Shown here: one piece after another, positions 26,402-35,528 of the stretch
How the letters are laid out: the number at the start of each line of letters is the position of its first letter
Numbering within the stretch: position 1 is the first letter of the stretch
Position numbers and translations under genes: made by a program
Assembly (NCBI GenBank): GCA_964402515.1
Contig: CAYOCM010000003.1
Location: forward strand, 1 to 47,847
Direction of reading: 5' to 3'
DNA: 47,847 nt
Source of the DNA: an uncultured Ruminococcus sp.
GTDB taxonomy: Bacteria > Bacillota > Clostridia > Oscillospirales > CAG-382
The notes under the pieces: model-generated
Told to the model about the DNA's origin: nothing
Seen by the model: only the letters and a program-made list of their open reading frames with translations
The model's database searches: none

Positions 26402-26430
26402 TTGACAAAATCAAGTTTTGCAAGTATAAT
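26402..26430 (+). promoter_or_regulatory. Consensus sigma-A promoter for yceD-rpmF
   Basis: Exact TTGACA (26402-26407), 17 nt spacer, exact TATAAT (26425-26430). It lies 22 nt upstream of the ATG at 26453. Confidence 0.65.
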
Positions 26431-26452
26431 ATCTAAGATTTATAAAGGTGAG

Positions 26453-26944
26453 ATGATGACTGTTGATCTGTGCCCGCTTATCAAGGGCGAAAAAAAAGAA
26501 CTGAAATTCGATTTTGAATATGATGTGTCCGACTTGTCACCCGACTTGCAAAGCGGTGTTGCCATTGTCAGCGGCAGCGTTGTCAACCACTCGGGTTATA
26601 TGCAGCTTAATGCCGATATAACCGTTAACGCCAACGCTTTGTGCGGCAGATGTGACAGTTATTTTGACTGCGTACTCAAATACGATATGCAGTCACCCGT
26701 TGCGACGCAGCTCGTTGATGCTGACGAGCATTTTGAATATCTTATCGCGTCGGACGGTAAACTTGATCTTGACGAGGCAGTCAGATGTTTTGTTTCACTT
26801 TCGTTGCCGACACGCTTTTTGTGCCGTGACGACTGCAAGGGCCTTTGTCCCAAATGCGGCCACGATCTAAACGAAGGCGATTGCGGCTGCGATACCCGTG
26901 AGACCGATCCGAGATGGGCGGCACTCAAGGGCTATTTTGATTAA
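26453..26944 (+). CDS. yceD: YceD/DUF177 family ribosome-associated protein
   Basis: 163 aa from ATG 26453, with AAAGGTGAG just upstream. C-terminal Cys cluster CRDDCKGLCPKCGHDLNEGDCGC. Conserved position upstream of rpmF. Confidence 0.88.
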   Translation: MMTVDLCPLIKGEKKELKFDFEYDVSDLSPDLQSGVAIVSGSVVNHSGYMQLNADITVNANALCGRCDSYFDCVLKYDMQSPVATQLVDADEHFEYLIASDGKLDLDEAVRCFVSLSLPTRFLCRDDCKGLCPKCGHDLNEGDCGCDTRETDPRWAALKGYFD

Positions 26945-26981
26945 AAAATAAAAATATAACCACCATAAGGAGGGTATAATC

Positions 26982-27173
26982 ATGGCTGTTCCTAAGAGAA
27001 AAGTCTCTAAAGCAAGACGCGACAAGAGAAGATCAAATGTTTGGAAGCTCGAGCTCCCCGGCATGACCAAATGCGCAAACTGCGGTGAGTACATCCTTTC
27101 TCACAGAGTCTGCACCAAGTGCGGCTACTATGGCAAAAAGGCTGTTCTTACCATAAAAGAGAAACAAGACTGA
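26982..27173 (+). CDS. rpmF: 50S ribosomal protein L32 (Cys-containing form)
   Basis: 63 aa. [18 protein letters not shown]...[31 protein letters not shown]. Confidence 0.96.
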   Translation: MAVPKRKVSKARRDKRRSNVWKLELPGMTKCANCGEYILSHRVCTKCGYYGKKAVLTIKEKQD

Positions 27174-27208
27174 CAGGTCGCGCTCCATTCAGGGCGCCCT
27201 CAAAAGGC

Positions 27209-27238
27209 GGGTCGCGTATACTGCGGCACGCTTTTTTT
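27209..27238 (+). terminator. Probable rho-independent terminator after rpmF
   Basis: Short stem GTCGC-GTATACT-GCGGC (contains one G-U pair), then ACGC and a T7 run (27232-27238). The stem is weak but the U-tract is strong. Confidence 0.45.
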
Positions 27239-27276
27239 GAATATTATCGCATTTTAACGAAAGGGGGGAGGACAAT

Positions 27277-28566
27277 ATGGTAACTGTCAGCGGAGTCCTA
27301 CACGGTTCACCCGCATACAAAGCGGGCATAAAACAGGGAGATGTGTTGTTGACTATCTCGGGCAACGAAATAAACGATGCGCTCGACTACTATTTTTATG
27401 CCGCCGACGATACAGTCGAGGTCGAACTGATGCGCGACGGTATAATATTTAAAAAACGCTTGCGAGGCACAAACGATCTCGGCATGGAATTTGAAACATT
27501 TTTGATGGACAAAAAACGTTCCTGCCGCAATAACTGCATATTCTGTTTTATCGATCAAAACCCCGAGGGAATGCGTGATACGATATATTTTAAAGACGAC
27601 GACGAAAGACTGTCGTTTTTGCAAGGCAGTTATGTTACATTGACCAACTTAAAGCAAAAAGATATCGACCGCATAATCAAAATGCGTATTTCGCCTATAA
27701 ACATTTCGGTGCATACCATGGATCCCGAATTGCGCGTCATGATGCTGCGCAACAGATTTGCGGGAGAGGTGCTGTCTTATATCGACGACATCGACAGAGC
27801 CGGGCTCGACATAAACGCACAGATAGTTTTGTGCAAGGGCGTCAACGACGGCAAGGCGCTTGAATATACGATAACCGAACTTTTAAAACGCGAGCATGTC
27901 GTCTCGATAGCGGTCGTTCCCTGCGGACTTACAAAACACCGAGAGGGACTTTATAAGCTTGACGCGTTCGACAAAGACGATTGCGGCGAAGTGATAGACA
28001 CCGTCGAACGTTTTGCCGAAGAATGTTTTAAGACGCGCGGCGAGCACATATGCTATTGCTCCGATGAATTTTATCTCACCGCATGCAGAGAATTGCCGTG
28101 CGACGGTTATTATGACGGATATCCCCAACTTGACAACGGAGTCGGTTCGCTGCGCAATCATAAAGAAGAATTTTTATATCAACTTGCAAATACCGAAAAA
28201 TGCGTGTATAATCGCAGTATAGTTATCATAACCGGCATGGCGGCTTATGAGCATATATGCGAGCTCGTCGATGCCGCAAAGGCTAAATTTAAAGATATCG
28301 ATGTCAAAGTGCTTGCGATACGCAACGATTTTTACGGAGAAAGCGTCACGGTCAGCGGACTTGTCACCGGCGGAGATATAATAAATCAGACAAAACATAT
28401 AAAAGCCGATGCGTTTTTGATACCGCGCAATATGTTGCGTTCCGAGGGCGATTTGTTTTTAGACGGAGTTTCGCTTGAACAATTGCAGACTGTACTAGGC
28501 GCGCCGGTGATGACCGTCGAATCTGACGGTGCGGATCTGTGCAGAATGATTACGGAGGATTATTGA
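27277..28566 (+). CDS. PDZ domain plus radical SAM plus DUF512 protein
   Basis: 429 aa. N-terminal PDZ-like SGVLHGSPAYKAGIKQGDVLLTISGNEIND and radical SAM CxxxCxxC as CRNNCIFCF. It sits directly upstream of der. Confidence 0.85.
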   Translation: MVTVSGVLHGSPAYKAGIKQGDVLLTISGNEINDALDYYFYAADDTVEVELMRDGIIFKKRLRGTNDLGMEFETFLMDKKRSCRNNCIFCFIDQNPEGMRDTIYFKDDDERLSFLQGSYVTLTNLKQKDIDRIIKMRISPINISVHTMDPELRVMMLRNRFAGEVLSYIDDIDRAGLDINAQIVLCKGVNDGKALEYTITELLKREHVVSIAVVPCGLTKHREGLYKLDAFDKDDCGEVIDTVERFAEECFKTRGEHICYCSDEFYLTACRELPCDGYYDGYPQLDNGVGSLRNHKEEFLYQLANTEKCVYNRSIVIITGMAAYEHICELVDAAKAKFKDIDVKVLAIRNDFYGESVTVSGLVTGGDIINQTKHIKADAFLIPRNMLRSEGDLFLDGVSLEQLQTVLGAPVMTVESDGADLCRMITEDY

Positions 28567-28567
28567 T

Positions 28568-29899
28568 ATGCCAAAAAGAACAGTTGCCGTAGTGGGCAGG
28601 CCAAATGTCGGCAAAAGCACGTTTTTTAATAAAATAGCGGGCCTTAGGCTGTCGATAGTCGACGATACGCCGGGCGTTACGCGTGACCGCATATGCTATG
28701 ACGTCGATTGGAACGGCAAAACGTTTCAACTTGTCGACACCGGCGGTATAGAGCCCATAACCGATAACGAATTGCTTGTCAGAATGCGTGACCAGGCGCA
28801 GACCGCAATAGACCATGCCGATGTCATAATAATGATATGCGAGGTCGGCACGGGCGTTACCGCCGCAGACGCCGATATAGCGGCTATGCTTAAAAGATCG
28901 CGCAAGCCGATAATTCTTGCCGTAAACAAGATAGACAAAGCAGGCGAACCTCCTGCGGAATTTTATGAGTTTTACTCGCTCGGATTCGACAGCGACCCCA
29001 TACCGCTCTCGTCGTTGCACGGCACGGGCACGGGTGACATTCTCGACAGAGTGTGCGAACTTTTGCCGGATGATACCACCGGTGCCGAAAGCGAGGGTGC
29101 GATAAGAGTTGCCGTTATAGGCAAACCGAATGCAGGCAAGAGCTCTATTGTCAATCGCATTGCAGGCGAGGAAAGATGCATTGTTTCGAATATTCCCGGT
29201 ACAACGCGCGATGCGGTTGATACATATATCGAAAATCAATACGGCAGATATACATTTATAGATACCGCCGGCATAAGACGCAATTCGCGCATTGACGACA
29301 AACTTGAACGTTTCAGCGTTTTGCGTGCAAACCTTGCGGTCGAGAGGGCGGATGTCTGCCTTATCATGATCGATGCCGCCGAAGGTGTTACCGCGCAGGA
29401 TGAGCGCATAGCCGGACTTGCACACAACGCCGGCAAAGCGAGCATAATAGTTTGCAACAAGTGGGATACGATAGACAAAGACAACTCGACTGTAAACAAC
29501 TATGTCAACAAGATACGTATCGCACTTGCCTATATGCCTTATGCGCCGATAGCGTTTGTTTCGGCAAAGACCGGCCAGAGAGTTGACAGACTTTATGAGA
29601 TGATCAATACCGTACACGCAAATTCATCGCGCCGCGTTACGACGGGATTGCTCAACGACCTTTTGTCCGATCTCACCTCGCGTGTACAACCTCCCACAGA
29701 CAAGGGCAAACGCCTTAAGATATATTATATGACGCAAACCGGCACAAATCCGCCGACATTCGTCGTATTCTGCAACAGCAAAGAACTGTTTCATTTTTCA
29801 TATCAGAGATATATCGAAAACAGCCTGAGAAAAGCGTTTGATTTCGACGGCACTCCCATAAAGCTTATTATCAAGCAGAGAGGAGAGGACGCCGAATGA
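28568..29899 (+). CDS. der: Ribosome biogenesis GTPase Der (EngA)
   Basis: 443 aa. Two G domains (GRPNVGKST...DTGG and GKPNAGKSS...DTAG...NKWD) and a KH-like C-terminus. Confidence 0.96.
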   Translation: MPKRTVAVVGRPNVGKSTFFNKIAGLRLSIVDDTPGVTRDRICYDVDWNGKTFQLVDTGGIEPITDNELLVRMRDQAQTAIDHADVIIMICEVGTGVTAADADIAAMLKRSRKPIILAVNKIDKAGEPPAEFYEFYSLGFDSDPIPLSSLHGTGTGDILDRVCELLPDDTTGAESEGAIRVAVIGKPNAGKSSIVNRIAGEERCIVSNIPGTTRDAVDTYIENQYGRYTFIDTAGIRRNSRIDDKLERFSVLRANLAVERADVCLIMIDAAEGVTAQDERIAGLAHNAGKASIIVCNKWDTIDKDNSTVNNYVNKIRIALAYMPYAPIAFVSAKTGQRVDRLYEMINTVHANSSRRVTTGLLNDLLSDLTSRVQPPTDKGKRLKIYYMTQTGTNPPTFVVFCNSKELFHFSYQRYIENSLRKAFDFDGTPIKLIIKQRGEDAE

Positions 29900-30699
29900 T
29901 AGGTTTTTTCAGAGTTTTCGGCATGTCGACAAACATATGCAACGTCGATAATCCTTTGCTGTTCGGCCTTTTTATGCTATTGCTTATTTTAGCATCGTAT
30001 TTGCTCGGCAGCATAAACAGTGCCATAATCGTGTCGAAATACCGTTATAACGATGATATACGCAAATACGGCAGCGGCAACGCGGGCCTTACCAATATGA
30101 ACAGGGTATACGGCGGCAGCGCGGCGGCGCTCACTTTTGCGGGTGACGTGATGAAGCAGGTCATAGCCGTCTTTTTGGGCGTGTTGATGTTTGATCAGGT
30201 CGGTGCCTATATTGCGGGATTGTTTTGCATGATCGGTCATATCGCGCCTGTATTTTACCACTTTAAAGGCGGAAAGGGCGTGCTTACCGCGGCTACGATG
30301 ATATTGCTCATCGACTGGCAGGCGTTTATAATATTGTTTATAATATGGGCTGCCGTACTTTTGCTGTCGAGATATGTTTCGCTTGCTTCGATGATAGCGG
30401 GATTTGCCTATCCCGCCGTAGTATATTATTCGATGAAAGCCGGCATAGGCAGACCCGAGCCTTTTTCGATGATATGCGCGATGTTTGTCGGCTGCGTGAT
30501 AATCTTTACACACCGTGATAACATTAAAAGGCTGTATAATAATCAGGAAAACAAGTTTTCGTTCAAGCGTTCACCCAATCTGCAGGATATGCTTGATAAA
30601 GAAGATCCCGAAACAGACCGCGCAAAACGCGCTGCCGAATACCGCAAGATGCAGCAGGACGCAGAGAAAAAGCAGTCTAAAAAGAATAAAAAGAGATAA
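29896..30699 (+). CDS. plsY: Glycerol-3-phosphate acyltransferase PlsY with a C-terminal Lys/Glu-rich extension
   Basis: 267 aa. GSGNAGLTN and HIAPVFYHFKGGKGV. ATGA overlap with the der stop and GGAGAGGA upstream. The last ~55 aa are hydrophilic (…DKEDPETDRAKRAAEYRKMQQDAEKKQSKKNKKR). Confidence 0.9.
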   Translation: MIGFFRVFGMSTNICNVDNPLLFGLFMLLLILASYLLGSINSAIIVSKYRYNDDIRKYGSGNAGLTNMNRVYGGSAAALTFAGDVMKQVIAVFLGVLMFDQVGAYIAGLFCMIGHIAPVFYHFKGGKGVLTAATMILLIDWQAFIILFIIWAAVLLLSRYVSLASMIAGFAYPAVVYYSMKAGIGRPEPFSMICAMFVGCVIIFTHRDNIKRLYNNQENKFSFKRSPNLQDMLDKEDPETDRAKRAAEYRKMQQDAEKKQSKKNKKR

Positions 30700-30725
30700 C
30701 CGTTAATCGGTTTTAAGGAGCCGTT

Positions 30726-31958
30726 ATGCCGCTTGCCGATCGTGCCCGACCGCACAGTTTTGATGAAATGGCAGGACAAAAACACCTGCTTGCAAAAAAT
30801 GCGCCTTTCAGACGCATAATAGAAAGCGGCCATCTGCCGTCATTGGTCTTTTACGGGCCTCCCGGCACGGGCAAGACGACCGCTGCCGACATAGTCGCAT
30901 CGATGTGCGGCAAACAGTTTCACAAGATAAACGCCACCGTCGCTTCAATTTCAGAGGTAAAAGAGATATTGACGTCGTCATATTCGCTGCTTTCCACCGA
31001 CGGCATATTGCTTTATATCGACGAGATACAGTATTTTAATAAAAAACAGCAGCAGTCGCTGCTTGAATATGTCGAAGACGGCAGAGTCACCTTGATATGC
31101 TCGACGACCGAAAACCCTTATTTTGCTCTTTACGGCGCATTGCTTTCGCGTTCGACGGTGTTTGAATTTAAGCCCATATCGCCCGAAGATCTCGTTCCTT
31201 CATTACGTCGCGCGCTTGATATACTCAACGCCGACAACGGCACTCAAAAGACATGCACAAACCAAACGCTTTTAAATATAGCGTCATGTTGCGGCGGAGA
31301 CGCACGCAAAGCGATAGGCGGCCTTGAAAACATCTATTATGCATCGGGCGACGAATTATTGCCGGAACTTGCCACGGAACTCGTTTCAAGGTCGGGAATG
31401 CGGCTTGACCGCGACGGCGACGAACATTATGACCTGCTTTCGGCGTTTCAAAAGTCTATAAGAGGTTCCGATCAGGATGCGGCGATTTTTTATCTTGCGC
31501 GTCTGCTTGAGGGCGGCGATTTGCTTTCACCGTGCCGCAGATTGCTTGTTATAGCGTCCGAGGACATAGGGCTTGCTTATCCCAATGCGATAGCGATAGT
31601 TAAAGCGTGTGTCGATTCGGCATTGCAACTCGGTCTGCCCGAGGCTTCGTTGCCGCTTTCCGAAGCCGTTATATTCCTCGCTACCGCGCCGAAATCGAAT
31701 TCGGCGCACAACGCCTATGCCGCCGCATGTGATATGATAGCAGCCGGCAAAGGAATGCGTGTGCCCGAACACCTACGCGATACGCACAGGCCGGGTGCCG
31801 AAGGGGGATATATCTATCCTCACGATTATCCTAACCATTATGTCGAGCAGCAATATCTGCCCGACGACATAAAAGGCGCACGGTTTTACGAATACGGTCA
31901 AAACAAGACCGAACAGGCTGCGGCCGAATACGCCATGCGTGTAAAAAAGAAACCGTGA
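30726..31958 (+). CDS. rarA: Replication-associated recombination protein A (AAA+ ATPase)
   Basis: 410 aa. PLADRARPHSFDEMAGQKHLL, Walker A FYGPPGTGKTT, DEIQYFNKKQQ, and C-terminal MgsA domain HYDLLSAFQKSIRGSD...AIFYLARLLEGGD. Confidence 0.93.
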   Translation: MPLADRARPHSFDEMAGQKHLLAKNAPFRRIIESGHLPSLVFYGPPGTGKTTAADIVASMCGKQFHKINATVASISEVKEILTSSYSLLSTDGILLYIDEIQYFNKKQQQSLLEYVEDGRVTLICSTTENPYFALYGALLSRSTVFEFKPISPEDLVPSLRRALDILNADNGTQKTCTNQTLLNIASCCGGDARKAIGGLENIYYASGDELLPELATELVSRSGMRLDRDGDEHYDLLSAFQKSIRGSDQDAAIFYLARLLEGGDLLSPCRRLLVIASEDIGLAYPNAIAIVKACVDSALQLGLPEASLPLSEAVIFLATAPKSNSAHNAYAAACDMIAAGKGMRVPEHLRDTHRPGAEGGYIYPHDYPNHYVEQQYLPDDIKGARFYEYGQNKTEQAAAEYAMRVKKKP

Positions 31959-31975
31959 TCATCGAGGTCTTTATA

Positions 31976-32842
31976 ATGATTAAAAATATTAAAACAATAT
32001 GCGTGCTTGTTTTGATCTGTTTGCTTTTTGCATCTTGTGCCGAAGAAACGCAAAACATCGATATACCCCAACTTGCCGCCGATTGCATAGAGATCTCGGG
32101 TATAGCCGATTGGCAGACCGCCGCGGCGGCTTATCTGCTTAATATCGATATATCCGATATTACCGTCAAAAAACCCGAAAGCGACGGCACGGCGCATGAT
32201 ACTGCACAGAGTATACTGTTTGACGTGTTTGTTTCGAATAAGCCGTCAACTGCCGAAACGGCACGTGTTAAACAATATATCGAGCAAAAGCCCGGCGAAC
32301 TTTCGACGGTGGATATGGCGCTGTGCGCATGTGCGCTTGAAGCCGCAAAAATCGAGTACGATTATGCGCCTGCGGCAAAAGAACTTGAGTCACGCCAGCA
32401 AACAGACGGAGGATTTGCAAGGGCGCATGACTATGCCGCCTCGGAACCGATGCCGTCGGCATATGCATTGGACCTTGTTATGTTTTGGCGCGATGCCGTC
32501 AGCGATAAATGCTATGACGGTGTATTGGTCTATTTTTATAATAATATGACCGATCAAAATGTTTGGAATGACGAAAGCGGAGATGCATCGTGTTCCGTTT
32601 CGTCAATAGTGCTTTGCGGATTTCTGCATGCGGGCATAAGATATGACGGCGACGATGCGCAGGCGATAGCAAAGTCTGTCAGGGTGCTTTATTCGGTAAA
32701 CGATAAATACGGCAATTGGCTTGGCTTTAAACAATACGCAAAGTCGGATACGCTGTCTTCAGAGGCGTGCGGCAACGCTCTGCTTGCTCTTGCCTCATCG
32801 CAGGTCGGCTGTCTGTGGACGGTGTTCGCAACAAGAGGATAA
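31976..32842 (+). CDS. Lipoprotein, unknown function (possible alpha/alpha-toroid repeat)
   Basis: 288 aa from ATG 31976. MIKNIKTICVLVLICLLFASC provides the lipobox. An internal QQTDGGFARAH resembles the QxxDGG motif of prenyltransferase/terpene-cyclase repeats, but this is weak. Confidence 0.7.
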   Translation: MIKNIKTICVLVLICLLFASCAEETQNIDIPQLAADCIEISGIADWQTAAAAYLLNIDISDITVKKPESDGTAHDTAQSILFDVFVSNKPSTAETARVKQYIEQKPGELSTVDMALCACALEAAKIEYDYAPAAKELESRQQTDGGFARAHDYAASEPMPSAYALDLVMFWRDAVSDKCYDGVLVYFYNNMTDQNVWNDESGDASCSVSSIVLCGFLHAGIRYDGDDAQAIAKSVRVLYSVNDKYGNWLGFKQYAKSDTLSSEACGNALLALASSQVGCLWTVFATRG

Positions 32843-32848
32843 TTAAAT

Positions 32849-32879
32849 AAAACGCTCTCGGATGCTCCGAGAGCGTTTT
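32849..32879. terminator. Bidirectional rho-independent terminator
   Basis: 14-bp stem AAAACGCTCTCGGA / TCCGAGAGCGTTTT with loop TGC. It lies between the convergent stops at 32842 and 32882. Confidence 0.85.
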
Positions 32880-32881
32880 TG

Positions 32882-34585
32882 CTATCTGAATATTGAAAAT
32901 TGAGAAAAATAACTCAGTTTATCTTCGACGGCTTGTTCGCTGTCGGCTTTGACAAGCATATAAAGTTTTGCTTTCGGCTCGGTGCCCGAGGGACGCACGA
33001 TGACCTTGCTGCCGTCGACGAGCTCAAAATAAATAACATCGCTTACGGGCAGGTTGGTTGGACGTGTGTCACCGCTGTCAAATGCGGTAATGATGCCGGT
33101 TTTGTAGTCGCGCACCTCTTTAACGGTGACGCCGCATATCTCGCGCGGCAGATCTTTTCTGAGATCTGACATCAATCTGCTCATCTCGGCCATGGGATCC
33201 GTTCCGCCTATCTTGTTTTCAACCGTTGCTTCGGCAAACCAACCGTGTTTTGCATAAAGCTCGCGCAGTGCCCGGTAAACCGTTTTGCCTTCGGCATAGT
33301 ATTTGCACGCCATTTCGGCAACCAACATACTTGCGGCGACGGCGTCTTTGTCGCGTGCATAGCCTCTTGACAGATATCCGTGACTTTCTTCATAACCGAA
33401 AATGAATTCATGCGTACCGTCGGCGGTCCATTGCTTGATTTTTTCACCGATATATTTAAATCCGGTGAGCACCTCGACGCGTTCTATGCCCGCTGCGTCG
33501 CACACGGCATCAAAAAGTCCGCCGCTGACTATCGACCTGATGACGCATGAGTTTGCCGCGAGAGTGCCCAAACGCTTTTTTGACGAAATAATGTAGTCGC
33601 AAAGCAATGCGCCGATCTGGTTGCCGGACAGTGCAAAAAACTTGCCGTCGTCATCCCTGACGCAAACACCTATTCTGTCGCCGTCGGGGTCGGTGCCTAT
33701 CATAAGCGTGCATTCGGGATCCGCTTGCTTTATCGCTATGTCAAAGCATGACGTGTATTCGGGATTCGGTGACGCGACGGTGGGAAAATCACCGTTGGGT
33801 TCGGATTGTTCTTTGACTGTTTTAAGTTCGGTCAGTCCCGCGCGGCGTAAAACCTCGGGGACAAGTTTATAGCCTGTGCCGTGCAAAGAGGTATATACCA
33901 TGTGCAATTTGTTGCCGTAGTCCGATAACAAAGTCTTGTCTATGCGGCAGTCGAGCACGGCGTTTATATACGCCTCGTCAACCTCCTTGCCGATAACGTT
34001 TATAAAACCGCTTGAAATACCTTTATCAAAATTTGTGCGCTTTACCGCAAAAACATCCGTCTTGTCGGCAATGGCGGCAACCGCGTCCGCTTCGGCGGGC
34101 GGCATTTGAGCACCGTCGTCCCAATATACTTTATAGCCGTTGTATTCTTTGGGATTATGGCTGGCCGTAACGTTTATGCCGGCGGTGCATCCCAAATGCA
34201 AAATCGCGAACGAAAGTTCGGGAGTGGGACGTATGCCTTCAAAGATATAGCTCTTAACGCCGTATGCGGCAAGTACTTCGGCGGATACTCTTGCAAACAG
34301 CATGCTGTTGTTGCGGCTGTCGCAAGCTATCGCGACACCGCGCGATGCAAGGTTTCTTTCATTAATAATATGCGCAAGCGCGTATGTGGCACGCGCGACT
34401 GTGTATTCGTTCATGCGTGCCGTGCCGACTCCCATTACCGCACGTAGGCCTGCGGTGCCGAATCGCATGGGTATATCAAAGCGCGCCGAAATCTCGGCGG
34501 GATCTTTTGATATAAAAATAAGTTCGTTTTTAAGTTCGCTGCCGTCGGGCAGGTTTTGCAACCAATTTAAATATTCTTTATTCAT
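32882..34585 (-). CDS. Phosphoglucomutase/phosphomannomutase family protein
   Basis: 567 aa from ATG 34585 (MNKEYLNWLQ), with GAGGA 11 nt upstream. Active-site loop TASHNPKEYNGYKVY, metal loop GTDPDGDR, and GYEESHGY. Confidence 0.92.
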   Translation of the reverse strand: MNKEYLNWLQNLPDGSELKNELIFISKDPAEISARFDIPMRFGTAGLRAVMGVGTARMNEYTVARATYALAHIINERNLASRGVAIACDSRNNSMLFARVSAEVLAAYGVKSYIFEGIRPTPELSFAILHLGCTAGINVTASHNPKEYNGYKVYWDDGAQMPPAEADAVAAIADKTDVFAVKRTNFDKGISSGFINVIGKEVDEAYINAVLDCRIDKTLLSDYGNKLHMVYTSLHGTGYKLVPEVLRRAGLTELKTVKEQSEPNGDFPTVASPNPEYTSCFDIAIKQADPECTLMIGTDPDGDRIGVCVRDDDGKFFALSGNQIGALLCDYIISSKKRLGTLAANSCVIRSIVSGGLFDAVCDAAGIERVEVLTGFKYIGEKIKQWTADGTHEFIFGYEESHGYLSRGYARDKDAVAASMLVAEMACKYYAEGKTVYRALRELYAKHGWFAEATVENKIGGTDPMAEMSRLMSDLRKDLPREICGVTVKEVRDYKTGIITAFDSGDTRPTNLPVSDVIYFELVDGSKVIVRPSGTEPKAKLYMLVKADSEQAVEDKLSYFSQFSIFR

Positions 34586-34847
34586 TGTCGCTGCCATCCT
34601 CTGCCAATGCTTGCCTTAAAGCGTGTGAAAGCTGGTCGGGGCATGAGGTGGTCTTAAATCCGCATGTTATGCCGCACAGCCTGTCGGCAAGTTCGCTTGC
34701 CTTGCAACCTTCGCAAAGCGCAGCGATGCCTTTGAGATTGCCGTTGCAACCGCCTATAAATTCAACATTGTGCACGTTGCCCTGCTCGTCAATGTCGAAC
34801 GACACGCTGCGTGAGCATGTGCCGGTGTTTTTGTGTGTATAATGCAT
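34578..34847 (-). CDS. TSCPD-domain small protein (TIGR03905-like)
   Basis: 89 aa from ATG 34847, with AGGAGGAG upstream. MHYTHKNTGTCSRSVSFDIDEQGNVHNVEFIGGCNGNLKGIAALCEG...GITCGFKTTSCPDQL. Confidence 0.8.
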   Translation of the reverse strand: MHYTHKNTGTCSRSVSFDIDEQGNVHNVEFIGGCNGNLKGIAALCEGCKASELADRLCGITCGFKTTSCPDQLSHALRQALAEDGSDNE

Positions 34848-34885
34848 GTTCTGCTCCTCCTGCACGTTGATCTCATTCTGTCGTA

Positions 34886-34914
34886 ATTATATCACGCTTT
34901 GGTCCGATTGGCAA
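34886..34914 (-). promoter_or_regulatory. Sigma-A type promoter for TSCPD-pgm
   Basis: On the minus strand: TTGCCA (34914-34909), 17 nt spacer, TATAAT (34891-34886), with an extended -10 TG. Confidence 0.55.
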
Positions 34915-34974
34915 CTGCTTTTTGCTTTTTACGCTGTTAACAAAAAGTTTACATATTTATTTTGCCCGCGGGTA

Positions 34975-35003
34975 TTGCAAATATCGCTTTTATATGATAT
35001 TCT
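34975..35003 (+). promoter_or_regulatory. Candidate sigma-A promoter of the S10 ribosomal operon
   Basis: TTGCAA (34975-34980), 17 nt spacer, TATTCT (34998-35003), with TG at 34995-34996. Confidence 0.4.
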
Positions 35004-35074
35004 ACATGAGCTTGGTGTGCGATGATATGGGAGATTGCTGCCGAAAAGCAGGTAACTTCCATGGAGTATGTCCG

Positions 35075-35103
35075 TTGATCGGGCGAAAGCTTGAGCGTTT
35101 TTT
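35075..35103 (+). terminator. Terminator-like hairpin inside the S10 leader (candidate attenuator)
   Basis: TTGATCGGGC-GAAA-GCTTGAGCG. GNRA loop, 8 of 9 positions paired including G-U pairs, one A/G mismatch. TTTTTT follows (35098-35103). It lies 90 nt upstream of the rpsJ ATG. Confidence 0.45.
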
Positions 35104-35192
35104 AAGGGGTGTACACGGTACGCCCGAATGCGTGTTCAAGTCTTTGCCGCCAAACTTATTACATTTTTATTATTTTTTATGGAGGCAAACCC

Positions 35193-35507
35193 ATGGCAAA
35201 CAAAAAAGACAGAATCAGAATTCGTCTTAAGTCCTACGATCATACTTTGATTGATCAAGCTGCGGAAAAGATCGTTGAGACCGCAAAACGCAACGGCGCT
35301 TCGGTTTCGGGCCCTATTCCGCTTCCCACCGACAAAGAGATCGTCACCATCCTACGCGCTGTTCACAAATACAAAGACAGCCGTGAACAATTTGAGTACA
35401 GAACTCACAAACGCCTTATCGACATTCTTCATCCCAACAAGGCTTGCGTTGATGCACTTATGAGTGTTGACCTGCCTGCGGGTGTTGATTTTAAAGTCGA
35501 GCTTTAA
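35193..35507 (+). CDS. rpsJ: 30S ribosomal protein S10
   Basis: 104 aa from ATG 35193 ([17 protein letters not shown]...), with GGAGG at 35181-35185. Confidence 0.97.
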   Translation: MANKKDRIRIRLKSYDHTLIDQAAEKIVETAKRNGASVSGPIPLPTDKEIVTILRAVHKYKDSREQFEYRTHKRLIDILHPNKACVDALMSVDLPAGVDFKVEL

Positions 35508-35528
35508 TTTGTCTGACTAAAAAGGTCA

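Noticed and set aside
28550-29617. Other long antisense ORFs: 28550-29617 opposite der. Also 35934-36863, 37116-38009, 38630-39178, 17517-18311, 12003-12761, 12768-13310 and 199-984.
   Set aside because: Each lies opposite a confidently identified conserved gene. None has a start context, and their translations are low-complexity. I treat them as shadow ORFs.
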